DNA of 46,353 nucleotides, filler included, from Sphacelaria rigidula (lineage: Eukaryota), in the NCBI GenBank assembly GCA_964200075.2. It is 2 parts of 2 records of this genome, joined end to end, with 100 filler letters (N's around TTAATTAATTAA, not from the genome) between each part and the next. Parts side by side here need not be neighbours in the genome. Positions count along the whole stretch, not along the records: positions 23,230 to 46,353 come from CAXNAA020000286.1; 1 more part is not named here. One strand, written 5' to 3'. Positions 35,901 through 46,353 of this stretch are shown in pieces. A program made the position numbers and the translations under genes. The first letter of the stretch is position 1, and each line of letters starts with the position of its first letter. A model generated the notes under the pieces. That model did no database searches and had not been told where the DNA came from. It worked only from the letters and a program-made list of their open reading frames with translations.

Positions 35901-38900
35901 CCGAAATCGCAGTTTCATTTTTTTCGCCGCGTCCGTTGGGCCATGCAAATATATTGTCTTCCTTGTCCCCTCTCTCAACCCACCGTATATATTCAGGTGT
36001 TCTTCCTCGTCTACTTCGCGTCTGAGCGCTCCTTTTCCCCTTATTTCCATTACGTCTTTTACGTTTACGTTGTACCCCGCGCCTTCACCTATGGACAGTA
36101 TTTCGTCTTGGTTTCCGCCTATCTCCTTCCACACATTCTTGACTTCTTTATCCCACCTTATTTCAGCATGCCCTTTCTTACTTTTCTTCCATACAGCCTT
36201 ATCAACTATGGCTGGCAATCTCTTCCTCTGCATGTTCTTCGAGCTATATTCCCACCTCAATTTTCCCATATCTCGGTTTGTTTCAAGTGAGTACATTCCC
36301 AACTCTGCTCTCAATGCTGTATTTCTCGTCGTTTCCGAGCATCCAAGTATCTTCTTCGCTGCTGCCATCTGTACTGTTTCCAACTTCTTCGCCAACTTCA
36401 CGTCCCTCCCCCCATTCTGCTCCTGCGTATTCCAGCTTTGGTACGATCACGTTCATCAGGATACATCTATTAATCCTATAGTCTTGTTGCGAGTCTCTGA
36501 GGATCATGTCCATCCTTCCTATCTGTGCCTTACCTTCTTCTATTGTTACTTTTATTTATGTGTGCATCCCATGAAGAGTTTTTTGAGATCTCTACACCAA
36601 GGTATGTATGCTGGTCTACGATCGGCAGTTCCTCTTCTCCCCACTTCCACTTGAACTCTACCGGATTTTTCTTATCTTCGTTACAGACGAGTACCGCGCA
36701 TTTGTTGACGTTCGTGTCACTCTCCATTTCCTCGTGTATTCCAGCGCCTTTCCTATTTGTTTCTGCAATCCTCCTGCTGTTCCTGAAATCCCCACACAAT
36801 CATCTGCGAACATCAAACCTGATATCACATCTTCACCCACCTTGACTCCTTGATTTGCTGCTTCTATCGCTAATATCAGGTCATTGATAAAAACCTTGAT
36901 CAGGGTCGGTGATAACGCACATCCTTGTGCAACTCCTCGTAAGATATCAAATATTTCGATATTTTCCCGTCTAGCATCATGGCACTTTTGACACATTCTG
37001 TCATCTTCTTCACCATTGTCCACATCTTTCCTCTGATCCCAGCTTCCCACAACTGTTTTCACAACTCATTGCTCCGTACTGTGTCATAAGCCTTTCGCAC
37101 GTCCAGAAAGAAACAGTACGTTGTCAGCCCGGCGTCTTCCCTATCGTACCTAGTGCATACACATGGTGTACACAACTACGATTCGGTCTAAATCCTGCTG
37201 ATCCCTCGCTGGTTTTTTCATCCTTTCCCATCATCGTTCCTACTCTATCGTTCAGAATCTTACATAACGTTTTCCCTACGGTGCTCAGTACCTTTACCCC
37301 TCTACAGTTCCCTGGGTCAGCCTGTCTCCTTTCTGAAAATATTGACTACTACTCCTTCTCTCCACCTCTTGGGTGTGAACTCGTTTTCCCATATCCATTT
37401 GTACAGCATAACCATCATGGTAACCATTGCCTCCCCCCGTACTTCAGAAATTCATTCCCTATTCCGTCTGCCCCCCGCCGCCTTTTTGTTCTTGAGTTTA
37501 GCTACGCACTCCTTTACGTCATCTCTGGTATCTTCTCTCTCTTCCTAGCCACTATCCTCCCATGTTGACGTCTTTACATTTGGATCTGCCCACTCGTTGA
37601 TCTCTTTTCCGAATTCCGTGTCGAACTTCGTGATAGTTTTTGGTGTCCCTAATTCACGGCAGTTCTGGACTAGCACTTCCTTTCCCCCTCCGAGCCACTG
37701 AGCACTTTACCGTTCTGTGCCCGTAGTGTGGCTATCCCGCTGTCTATCGTTCTTGCCTGGTGTACCATAATCCCTTTCATCCCTACCCACACGTGTTCCA
37801 TCCCGCCATCGAAATATCAATTTGTTTTCTTCACTACATCCTCCCAAATCTCCTTTTTCTGCTGTACCATCTTTTTTTACTTCCCTTCGAGCTCTGGTAT
37901 ACTCCCCCCATCCTGCCGTACGAGTAGTTTCACTTGATATCCATCTCGCGTGGGCCTTTCTCCTCACTCTTATAGCCTCTTTCACTTCCTCATCCCATCA
38001 TTTGACTGCTCTGTTGCATACGATCAGTTTCTTCCCTGTGACTTTACTCGCTGTGTTCTTGACCAGCTGCTCCCATCCTTCTATAATCTTCCCTCCTGCC
38101 CGATTTCTCTCCATTCCGGTACCAACTGTTTATACGTGTCCCAACAGTTCGGAAAATTTCACTGCATTTTTGGTCGGGGGGCGGTATAGTAACCCCTACG
38201 CGAAAGTGTTTCCACACTAATCCATATATAAAATGAGCTACTTGATCTAAGAATGAGGAAGGAAAGTTACATGAACTGAGTATTGGTGAACCAGGTCACT
38301 TGATCTTAGAGTAGCTGAAGCAAGTAACTTGATCTGAGTACAGATGAACTAGGTCACTTGATCTTAGAGTAGCTGCGGCAGGTTACTTGATTTAAAAGAT
38401 GAGAGGTAAGTTGCTAGAACTCAGTGCGCGGGACGCACGGCTCTTGATCGTACAGTTGGTGAGCCAGGCACTTGATCTTGCACCAGCGGAGGCAAGTTGA
38501 GCAAAGCACAGGTGTACCAAGTCACTTCATCTTTCAGTTGATGCTGGGGTTTTTAAGGCAAGTTACTTGAACTGCGTACAGCCGCTGCTGCGAAAGAGAC
38601 TAATTGAAATTCAGGAGTTCGAAAACGCGGCGAGACTGTGTTTTGAAATAATCATGAACGCGGCAGTTTGACTAACGGTAGTTACGGGTACAGTAGCTCC
38701 AAGTTAGTGTGCATTGTCTTTGTTGGTGAATTTTGTTCTCGGAGATCCATCCAAGGTCCAGCAGACATAACTTGTTGTAAATTGCACCTCTGCTCGTTCT
38801 GGTCAGCTGCATCAACAACATGTGGCAGACCGAATTTGGAGCGGGACATAATTTACTTGGTAACTATCAATCAAGACGCTACCTTCTACTCGGGAATAGC

Positions 38901-41394
38901 CAGGAGAGAGGTCTAGAACCTGGTGTTCGTGCGGTCTAATATCATGGCCAATGACGCCTGCACTCACATGTTCCAACATAATATAGTACAGTAGTACAGT
39001 AGTAAAGTAGTACAGTACAGTACACTGCCCCAACGCACAGCATCAGCCAGCGTGGCGCAGCAGCGGGCAGCGCTTTGTTTTCACGGAAGACGAAGAAGCC
39101 AACACACCTTTATGTGAAGTTTTCAGCAGTGTGTAGCCAGCACTGCTTGCCGATTAGCATTGTTTTCTGCATAGATAACACATTGACACTATCGCAGCTC
39201 ACGTAATCCAAATCGTCTTCGCAATGCGTAAACACACCACAGTACAATGACAACTCCAGCCCGTGAGAGAGGTCGTGAGTGGGTTTTTGCTGGGGTACAG
39301 TGAAATAGGACATATTCCATGTTTTAATCCTCACCCTGATTTTGTATCATCAATTTTGGGCGGGTGTCGAGTTTGAACGCCAGGCCATAGTCGCGCTTCT
39401 TCTTATTTACTTCGAGTTACCCTATTCGTGTGTGGGAGGTGTGGCTTGTGTTGCGGGCTTTGCTGCTAATTTAATGAAGTAAATTGTGTCCCGCTAGATC
39501 TTCGATTCGCGCAACATACAAGCAAATACCATATCAACCATTTTTCGGCCTTGTTCCCTCTGCTTTCATGCACGCAAGCAAGACCAATCGCCGTGTCACA
39601 CTCCGCCGTAGGTGCTGTGATGCATTGCAATGCATGGTAATCGGACGACCACAGCGGGTTGCATCTTGTCGCGATATCTAGAGCTACCAAGATAACCTGC
39701 CAACTCTTCCAACACGTCCACCAACATGAAGTGTTTATCAGGACAAAAACGTTTTTCCGTCCGCCAGGGGGGGGAGGGCGGGGGACTATGGGTCCGGGAG
39801 TTTTTTTTCACCTATCCTTGGGAGAAAACTACTTTCAGGAGAGAACTACTTTCAGGATGAACTAAAAATTATCGATATGCACTTCTTCCCGAGGATTCCA
39901 GGTCCTTACTCTCAAATCTCGAGCGAAAACCCAGGGTTATTCCTTTGTGTCTCAAGTGGTGGAACAAGCCTGTACCTTGGAATGGACAGCTTGGGCGCTG
40001 AAATCGTCATTTCTTTGTTTGCTGACGTCGTTGAATAATCTTGTTTCTGTGCATGTCGAAGATTGTGATTGCGGCTGCTGCTGCTGCTGCTGTTATTGTT
40101 ATTGCTTGTCACGTTAGCCCATCTCCGTACATTTCGCGCCGATGGTCTCAAAGCCATGGCACAAAAAGTCAAAGTACAAGGAATAAATGAATAATACGCC
40201 CACGAACAGGAAAACACGGCGCTTCGAAGGGTGGGGTTCTACACACACGTCAGCGAAGATTAATGCCAAAAAAAAAAACGTCGGTTATATATGGTACGTG
40301 GGTCGTAGGAGACCAAAAACGCCAAAAATGGGAAACTGCAGGGGTCGGCATACCGAACAAGTCAGGAAAGGGCAAGGTAAGGTAAGACGGCGCAAGTCAA
40401 GGCAAAGGCACGGTAACACGACGAGGCAAGGGGCAAAAGATGAGAGGGGGAAAAAACGAGCCCATAAAACAGGGAAACGTGAAGAACGAAGCAGGTGTGA
40501 TTGGTTCGTCGTTCTTATACATGCAGCGGATTTGCTTCCCTGTCAATATGTTTGCTCATCACGTGTGCTCACGCAATCGTTTGTGCACACGTCGCAGACT
40601 GTGCATCGAAGAGTGGCCTGGATGGCGTGATGCGTGCACTGGTGTCCGATGTTTCGAAGCACAACATACAGGTATGAATTTGACAACAAAATACAGTAGG
40701 ATCCGTGCATTCCACTAGCTTGATGTACCGAAGGGGTGGGGTTTGGCATGAAGGGCTAATGCTAGATTCCTAGATACAAAAACTCATTTTAGTGAAGTAA
40801 GTAAAACGAGAAACGCACGCTCGTCTGTGATCGATTCCTGGCAACGTGTCGTTTACAGTTCACTGGATGTAAGAGGTTGTACACGTATCACTTTTCTACA
40901 TAAGGAGGTCGTTTTGTACGGAGAGGAATTGCCGTATGCGGTTGGGTTCGCGGTGTCTACAGTACACCGGGATTGGCCAACGCAGTGTGGAGCGCAAGGG
41001 ACCGACCTCATGCTAACCGTGTACTCTTGGAAGGCTTGAGAAGCCCTCGGATCCGCCGTTCCGTAGTCCTCTTTGCCCAAGGCATGTTGAAGCATTCGAG
41101 AAACCCTTGCTCTGCGTCTTGATCGTCTCGGTTATGCTGTTGTTGTCTCATATCCGTCCATGTATTGCTACTGTATAGGTCAACAATGTAGCACCTACCA
41201 TAGCGTGGAGTGACATGGGCATAGAAGCCTGGGGTGATCCCGCGAAGTCAAAACCGATGCTCGACCGCACGCCTCTCGGCCGGTTCGTGGAGTGCTGGGA
41301 AGTGGCCAACATGGTGGTGTTTCTCTGCAGCGATGCATGCACCATGTGTGTCGGTCAGAGCATATGCGTCGATGGCGGGTTCACGAGCGCGTGA
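29787..41394 (+). CDS. short-chain dehydrogenase/reductase, L-xylulose reductase (DCXR)-like; spliced, 5' end unresolved
   Basis: Exons 29787-29956, 30538-30802, 31203-31296, 40598-40671 and 41179-41394 join in frame: ALVTGGNRGIG, DILVNNAG, KIVNISS, YCASK, VNNVAPT..WGDPAKSKPMLDRTPLGRF..VDGGF. Confidence 0.93.
30058..30245 (+). pseudogene. degenerate tandem duplicate of the SDR Rossmann exon 3' half plus intron start
   Basis: Copy of 29864-30052 with the donor gagga|gtgagttccct retained, a +2 frameshift in a G-run, and GIG changed to GVA. Confidence 0.85.
30538..30802 (+). CDS. SDR exon (NNAG)
   Basis: gcgcag|G AFREMV...VDILVNNAGI...INTRAPLLVSQ|gtggga; phase 2-0. Confidence 0.93.
31203..31296 (+). 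CDS. SDR exon (catalytic Ser)
   Basis: ttgcag|VCLKGMIKQNHGKIVNISSMSSVIAPKAHAS T|gtgaga; phase 0-1. Confidence 0.92.
32024..32368 (+). mobile_element. tRNA-derived SINE, copy 2
   Basis: ccccggtggctcagttga...gattcgaacc head; shared body ending cagaatagatggga; CA-rich tail. Confidence 0.82.
34141..34289 (-). repeat. ~70-nt dispersed element, two tandem copies (34141-34211, 34219-34289)
   Basis: Same consensus twice, separated by a G-run. Confidence 0.88.
34555..34672. mobile_element. piggyBac-type mini-MITE (118 bp, second family)
   Basis: TTAT|CCCTTTTGGAACCCACTG...CAGTGGGTTCCAAAAGGG|TTAA; palindromic over almost its whole length. Confidence 0.8.
35459..35695. repeat. long imperfect inverted repeat (foldback)
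   Basis: 35459-35527 pairs with about 35626-35695; inner tgagttgagggca/tgcccttaactca. Confidence 0.85.
35735..38171 (-). mobile_element. 5'-truncated, frameshifted non-LTR retrotransposon (LINE) reverse transcriptase
   Basis: Fragments: AVKWWDEEVKEAIR, DPGNCRG..LSTVGK, GFRPNRSC, FFLDVRKAYD, GVAQGCALSPTL..FINDL, LMFADD, TYLGVEI, PKLEYA, ALRAELG; antisense within the SDR intron. Confidence 0.93.
38233..38575. repeat. degenerate ~29-bp minisatellite
   Basis: Recurring core RGTHACTTGATCT, about 11 units. Confidence 0.8.
38984..39024. repeat. (TAGTACAG)n short tandem repeat
   Basis: Direct reading. Confidence 0.8.
40598..40671 (+). CDS. SDR exon (catalytic YxxxK)
   Basis: tcgcag|AC completes Tyr: YCASKSGLDGVMRALVSDVSKHNIQ|gtatga. 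Confidence 0.92.
41179..41394 (+). CDS. SDR terminal exon
   Basis: gtatag|VNNVAPTIAWSDMGIEAWGDPAKSKPMLDRTPLGRFVECWEVANMVVFLCSDACTMCVGQSICVDGGFTSA*. Confidence 0.94.
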   Translation, partial: VNNVAPTIAWSDMGIEAWGDPAKSKPMLDRTPLGRFVECWEVANMVVFLCSDACTMCVGQSICVDGGFTSA

Positions 41395-43291
41395 GCTTTA
41401 TCATTCAAATTTCGAGCTGGGTCGTCATGAAGCTTGAAGAGAAACCATAACAGAGGGAAGCCCTTGGGTTTGTCAGCTTCCACGTCAACAAAACATCATG
41501 CGTGCAGATTAATTACGCAGGAGGAACTACGAATCAATGACTCGTGACCCTTTCGCTGAGTGGGACCCTAGAATGAGATGTTGACGTCGATTTGTTGGAA
41601 TCACCTCCGTGTGATTCGACCGAGCCTATTGGTGCCAGTACAGGAATATCTGGGCGAATGGACTGAGAACAGTGTGCGAGAACCCCCCCTGTCACTTACT
41701 ACTGTCTGTGGTTGTTCTCAGGAGCCGAAGTACGTGGTTGCTGTGCAGCATTAGCTTCATTCTGTGCAAGTGATTTATGCGCGACTGCTGCTTCCGCACT
41801 GGTGCATTGTTCGCGCACATTAATCTCTGGCTGTGCCCAGGCAATCCTCCTGGTTCCTTTCGAGGCTGCGCTGGGCGCACCTGGGGCATAATATATTGAT
41901 GCGCTGCACAGGGCATGTGTTTTTTCCAGTACGGCCATCAACGCGCAGTACATTCTTGTACTACCGTACTGTATGCGCACTTTCGCCAATAAAATGTCAT
42001 TTTTTGTCCATCAACGGCTGCATGCAGGAACATTACTGACCACCTGCCGTCGTCCCCACTGCACACAGTCTGCGCTCTCTGCACAGTGTGCCCAAGTTCG
42101 CGGTCAAAGCTCTTTCCGCCTGCAGTTACTACTCAGCGAGGTGGAAGGTGGTGGTGTGTGTGATGCAGTCTTTTCATGGGTAACAGGGCGCACAGTGGCG
42201 ATGAAGCCACTTGTTCTCTACTAGTAGATAACATAATGAGAACGCAGAGCGTGTGCAGCAATGCAGAAGAGGGGGGGGCGAAAGCAGACGGAAACAGATG
42301 GCGGTGGTGTGAGATACGCTGCCATCAGTTATTGTCATGGCAATATACTGGTGGAACCAAGACCAAAGCGAATACATGTGTCTTCCTGTATACTCCGACG
42401 TATTCATCTGTGTAGTCACATCAATATTCACACTGACCGAATATCAAAAATGGAGTTCACAAACTAGCTGCTCTGTGCACAATTCCACCACGCCTCCTTG
42501 ATCGAGGTGTCCTTGCAAGCAAGAATAATGATGTAACAAGACCGACATGATATGTTGGAGTAGAGAGTAGTGTCCTCAGTGCTTCTAGCCCACCGACGAC
42601 AGGGGTAAGGTGGGTTATTTCAACGATTAAGTCAAGATCCACGGCATAGTAAAAACAAGTACACATGATTAATCTCCCGCACCGCGTCCCCCGAACCAGC
42701 CCCATGCAGAACCATGGACATCCATACTTTGTCAAGAACAAATGTAGCGGGGGCTGCCACTATCCAGCAAAACCGCGTACCCCACACCCGGGTAGCCTTC
42801 GGTCCGCCAAACGCCTTTACTACCATCGTGATACGTACCCGGTCCACGGATACGTGGCCGCCCTTCACCGAAGTCACTTCCGGCAAAAACGCGCCCCGCT
42901 TCCCGCGTGGTACCTAGCAGGGAATAGGATCGGGGGTGTATGAGGGTGGTTCTTCACATGGCAAGCGGTTTCCCGACGGGTCTAGAGCGTAAATATGCTC
43001 CTCCTCGCAAACCGGTCTATCGTTCCCCACATTTCCAACAACAGATTGTGCCGGGTGAGCATCCGCGGATGCACCAAGCGTCAGGAGACACTCCTCAGTG
43101 CCAGACTGATGGGTACATAATCGGTTTGCGTGGCATTGCGCCCGCATTCGAGACCGAGTCGTCCTCCTCCAAAAGTGCTTCAACCTAGTCTTGCTTGGGA
43201 ACCGAGTTTCCACGCAAGGAAAGTCGATTCAAGCGTGGTCCACTCAAGCCTGGCTCTACAGTACACCAGAGAAGACAGAACCTCTGTTGGC

Positions 43292-43585
43292 ACACGGGTG
43301 GCCACTGAGGTCTGTACCCTGGCCATTTTGGGACCTGTTCCACCTTTGGCAAGGTCCGCGGGCTGGGTAGACAACTGAAGAGCATTCGCACAGCATGGAC
43401 AGGATCGAAACAAAACATGTCCCAGTCTATAGGCGAGTGACTCCCCTGGAGACTGGAACGTGCTTTGTTTCGAACCTGTCCATGCTGTGCGAATGCTCTT
43501 CAGTTGTCCACCTATTCCGCGGACCTCACCAAATGTGGATAAGGTCCCGAAATGGCCAGGTTACGGACCCCAGTGGCACCCGTGT
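43292..43585. repeat. long inverted repeat (~140-bp arms)
   Basis: Perfect 33-bp core, 43371-43403 with 43475-43507; loop near 43437. Confidence 0.92.
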
Positions 43586-43854
43586 AGCGTACCGTGGCGA
43601 CTCTCTTACCGGGTGACGGCGTGGAGTGCATCGAAGGTTCCTAGCGTTACGACGCGACATATTTTACCCTGGACCGATTCATCTGCTGGGCTCACCTTAC
43701 CATGTGATTTAATGGTACCATCACATGACGGCCGTCCAAATCTCTAGCGTCAGTCGCGTATGAGCAACACCCACCGTAAAAGCTGGCCTGCACAACAAGT
43801 GACTCATTACATGGGTACTTTCGTCACTTTGGAAGGATGTACCTTCCGGAGCGC

Positions 43855-44307
43855 TGTAATGCGTAGGGAAACCGCGTGCTTTTTTAACCGCATCCGAGTT
43901 TAAACACCCCTAACGTTAGTTTTAGTGATGGGGTTGTTCATGTGAACAGGTACACTGAGTAAACATGTACATGTGCGGATAGATCTATGAAGACGCACGG
44001 GTACTGGTGGTCAGGTGTGTGTGACTACATTACCATGCTCGGGTCGGGTGCTGCGCTGCCGTCTGAGCTCACTCCACATCTGATCCCTCTATCACAGGGT
44101 CGACTACGTCAAGGCACTCTCCATAAAAGATAAAACTATCTATCCTTCGCCACGGGCCACGGAGTAAGGGTTAGTGTTACTGATAGGGTTAGGTTCAGGG
44201 GTGCGGTCCCTAAAGGGACTGGCCCAAGCGGTCTTGAAAAACGTCGATTCTGGGGTGTTCACATTCCGATGCGGTGTAAAAAGCACGCGGCCCTCCCACG
44301 CATTACA
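43855..44307. mobile_element. TGT...ACA TIR element, diverged copy with internal insert
   Basis: GCGC|TGTAATGCGT...ACGCATTACA|GCGC; 4-bp TSD. Confidence 0.85.
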
Positions 44308-44545
44308 GCGCTACCCCGAACCCTGTCCACTTTTCGTCGGTTAAATTCTACCCCACTACCACTAGACTATACTGTTCAAAAGACTTCGTATAGAGCGGAG
44401 ATGTTGACCCCCTTTGTTCGGGTCACACATAAATTGATCAGATCCGACATCTACCACCAAGGCGGGAGCCGCACCCTCACGTTTACCGACACCCCGGGAC
44501 ATATCGTACCTTGTCTCACTGCCATTTGCAACTTCCGCTCCGTCA

Positions 44546-45067
44546 TGTGTTTTTTCCTCCCATCTATTCTGCACGCCAGTCTACAACTCTCCGGTATATG
44601 TATGGGCGCATCAGCCGGGGTCACACAGGAGGAAGGTCAACGCACAGCAGTTCTTTTGTTTTGTTCTAGTATCCCACCTTCTGCGGTACTTGCCTTCATT
44701 TTCATCGCAACAATGGTTAGCAGTGTAATGCGTGAGAGGACCGCGTGCTTAGAGGATCGCGCCGTAGTTCAAAACACCTCAGTATCGATGTTTCTCAAAA
44801 CCAATCGAGGCAGTCCCTGCAGGTACCACGCCCCTGATCTTAACCCCAACACTACTCCTAACCCTAATCCTAACCATAGGGATGTTCAAATTCCGATGCG
44901 GTCCTCTAAGCACGCGGTCCTCTCACGCATTACAAGCAGTCCCTTCCCTCGTCGACCATGAAGTCGAGCTTTGTGTACCCACGACGGAGTCGCTCTCCCC
45001 TGTTGGGCATGATGTGAGAAAAAATCCCAGATCGTGTGACTTCACCGAGGTTACCAACTGAGCCACC
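44546..45067 (-). mobile_element. tRNA-derived SINE, copy 3, interrupted by a TGT...ACA element
   Basis: Same body and A-box, B-box deleted, split at 44724-44934. Confidence 0.8.
44724..44934. mobile_element. TGT...ACA TIR element (211 bp)
   Basis: Perfect 33-bp TIRs TGTAATGCGTGAGAGGACCGCGTGCTTAGAGGA; 5-bp TSD AGCAG; inserted in a SINE. Confidence 0.92.
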
Positions 45068-45546
45068 ATGGCGGTTCGGTGCTGCAGGGAGATGGCAGAA
45101 CATTCGCTACATCAGTTTGCTGTGGAGCAATTGACACACACGACCAACCGTTTTGAGCTCGCCATGCAGGCAACCGTGCTACCGGCAGAGCCGCCAGATC
45201 CTTGTCGTCATCCCCTCCTTTTTTATTGGAGTAGCTATCGGCAAAGTATGAGCATGAACGGCGCTGCCACCGTGCCCATTTCCGGCGGACCTCTACCGGG
45301 GTACCCTTACCCATGGCGTGGTAGATCAGTCCTGATTTGTTGATTTGTTGATATACCCGTCCGGGACGTCGCGAACCAACGTGTGGTTGGCGTTAACCTC
45401 AGCGACACACACACTAAACACGCGCTATTGTAGAATCTACCCGTCACTTTGACAATCATTTGGTACACACTTTGTGTACTACGGTCCCTAGTCCAAACAG
45501 CTGACGCATCTGGCGACGGGCTACGCCCCCCCTTCTTGGACCTCTC

Positions 45547-45730
45547 AGAGGACCGCATCGGAATTTAAACATCCTTATGGTTGAGGTTAGGGTTGGGGTG
45601 AGTGTTGAGGTTAGGGCTAGGTGCATGGTACCTGCAGGGACTGGCCCGATTGGTTTCGAAAAACATCGATCCTGGGGTGTTTCGGACTACGGCGCGGTCC
45701 TCTAAGCACGAGGTCCTCTCACGCATTACA
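45547..45730. mobile_element. TGT...ACA TIR element, left TIR truncated
   Basis: Reverse-orientation copy of 44724-44934; CTCTC on both flanks. Confidence 0.85.
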
Positions 45731-46200
45731 CTCTCTTCAAAACCAAACTGTCGGTGTCGACTCTCCTGGAACTATGAACTATCATCCCGCCAACTATCCT
45801 ACACTTGTCATTTTCCAGACACACTCCAATACCACCCCCTCTGTACACAATCTCCGTCGCAGAAAACCCCTGTCATTGCGACTAGCTCAGAGACTGAAGT
45901 TTCCGAGAACCACGCCCTTTGGCCCGAGAACAGAGAAGCAGCTGACCAAGGTACGACACCCTACAAACTTTGATTGCTCGTCATTATTTACGAAGAGCTG
46001 TTGCGTGTGCTTCATTTGGCTTTCATGCTACCCTTGACAGGTTCGTAGTCCACAGCAGTAACCCACAATCTGCAGTACACGATCCCAGCAGTGCTTCATC
46101 CGCTTGATGGCGGTATTATGTGGATGCGTGACTATTCTTGCTGGGCAAAGTCCCTCTCGATCGACTGCTCGTTATATCCAGTGTTGCTGCGGGGTGGGTG

Positions 46201-46353
46201 CGTAATGCGTGAGAGGACCGCGTGCTTAGAGGACCGCGCGGTAGTTCAAAACACCTCAGGATCGACGTTTTTTGAAACCAATCGGGTCAGTCCCTGGAGG
46301 TACCATGCCCCTGACCATAACTCTAACACTAACCTTGACCCTAACCCTAATCA
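46201..46353. mobile_element. TGT...ACA TIR element cut by the window end
   Basis: cgtaatgcgtgagaggaccgcgtgcttagagga..., collinear with the 44724 copy. Confidence 0.88.

Noticed and set aside
35552..38220. Plus-strand hydrophobic ORFs (e.g. 229 aa, 194 aa)
   Set aside because: They are the antisense strand of the purine-rich LINE.
38233..38575. CRISPR-like repeat/spacer pattern
   Set aside because: The core is only ~10-13 bp and the linkers are related to each other, so this is a minisatellite.
38668..38720. YSSSK as the SDR catalytic exon
   Set aside because: No AG acceptor in the needed phase; the exon at 40598 fits exactly.
44840..46353. True telomere or subtelomere (CCCTAA)
   Set aside because: The repeats are short, degenerate and internal to each TIR element, in both orientations.

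Overview
Eukaryotic, intron-rich DNA; gene structure and repeats suggest a brown alga or related stramenopile (inference). The window joins two contigs with an artificial 100-bp spacer (N44-TTAATTAATTAA-N44, 23130-23229), so the halves need not be adjacent in the genome. The left half holds 20 phase-compatible minus-strand exons (1789-22729, about 3,600 codons) from the middle of a very large VPS13-family gene, with both ends missing. The right half holds a plus-strand SDR gene resembling L-xylulose reductase (five confident exons, 29787-41394, first exon uncertain). Its 9.3-kb intron contains a decayed LINE, a tRNA-SINE, a MITE and a foldback. Introns and intergenic DNA are dense in small mobile elements: Harbinger-, piggyBac- and hAT/P-type MITEs, three tRNA-SINE copies, four clustered TGT...ACA elements with telomere-like CCCTAA motifs, and five copies of a ~70-nt GNRA-hairpin element in C-runs. 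No CRISPR, rRNA or intact tRNA was found. All coordinates were read by eye and no database search was run.
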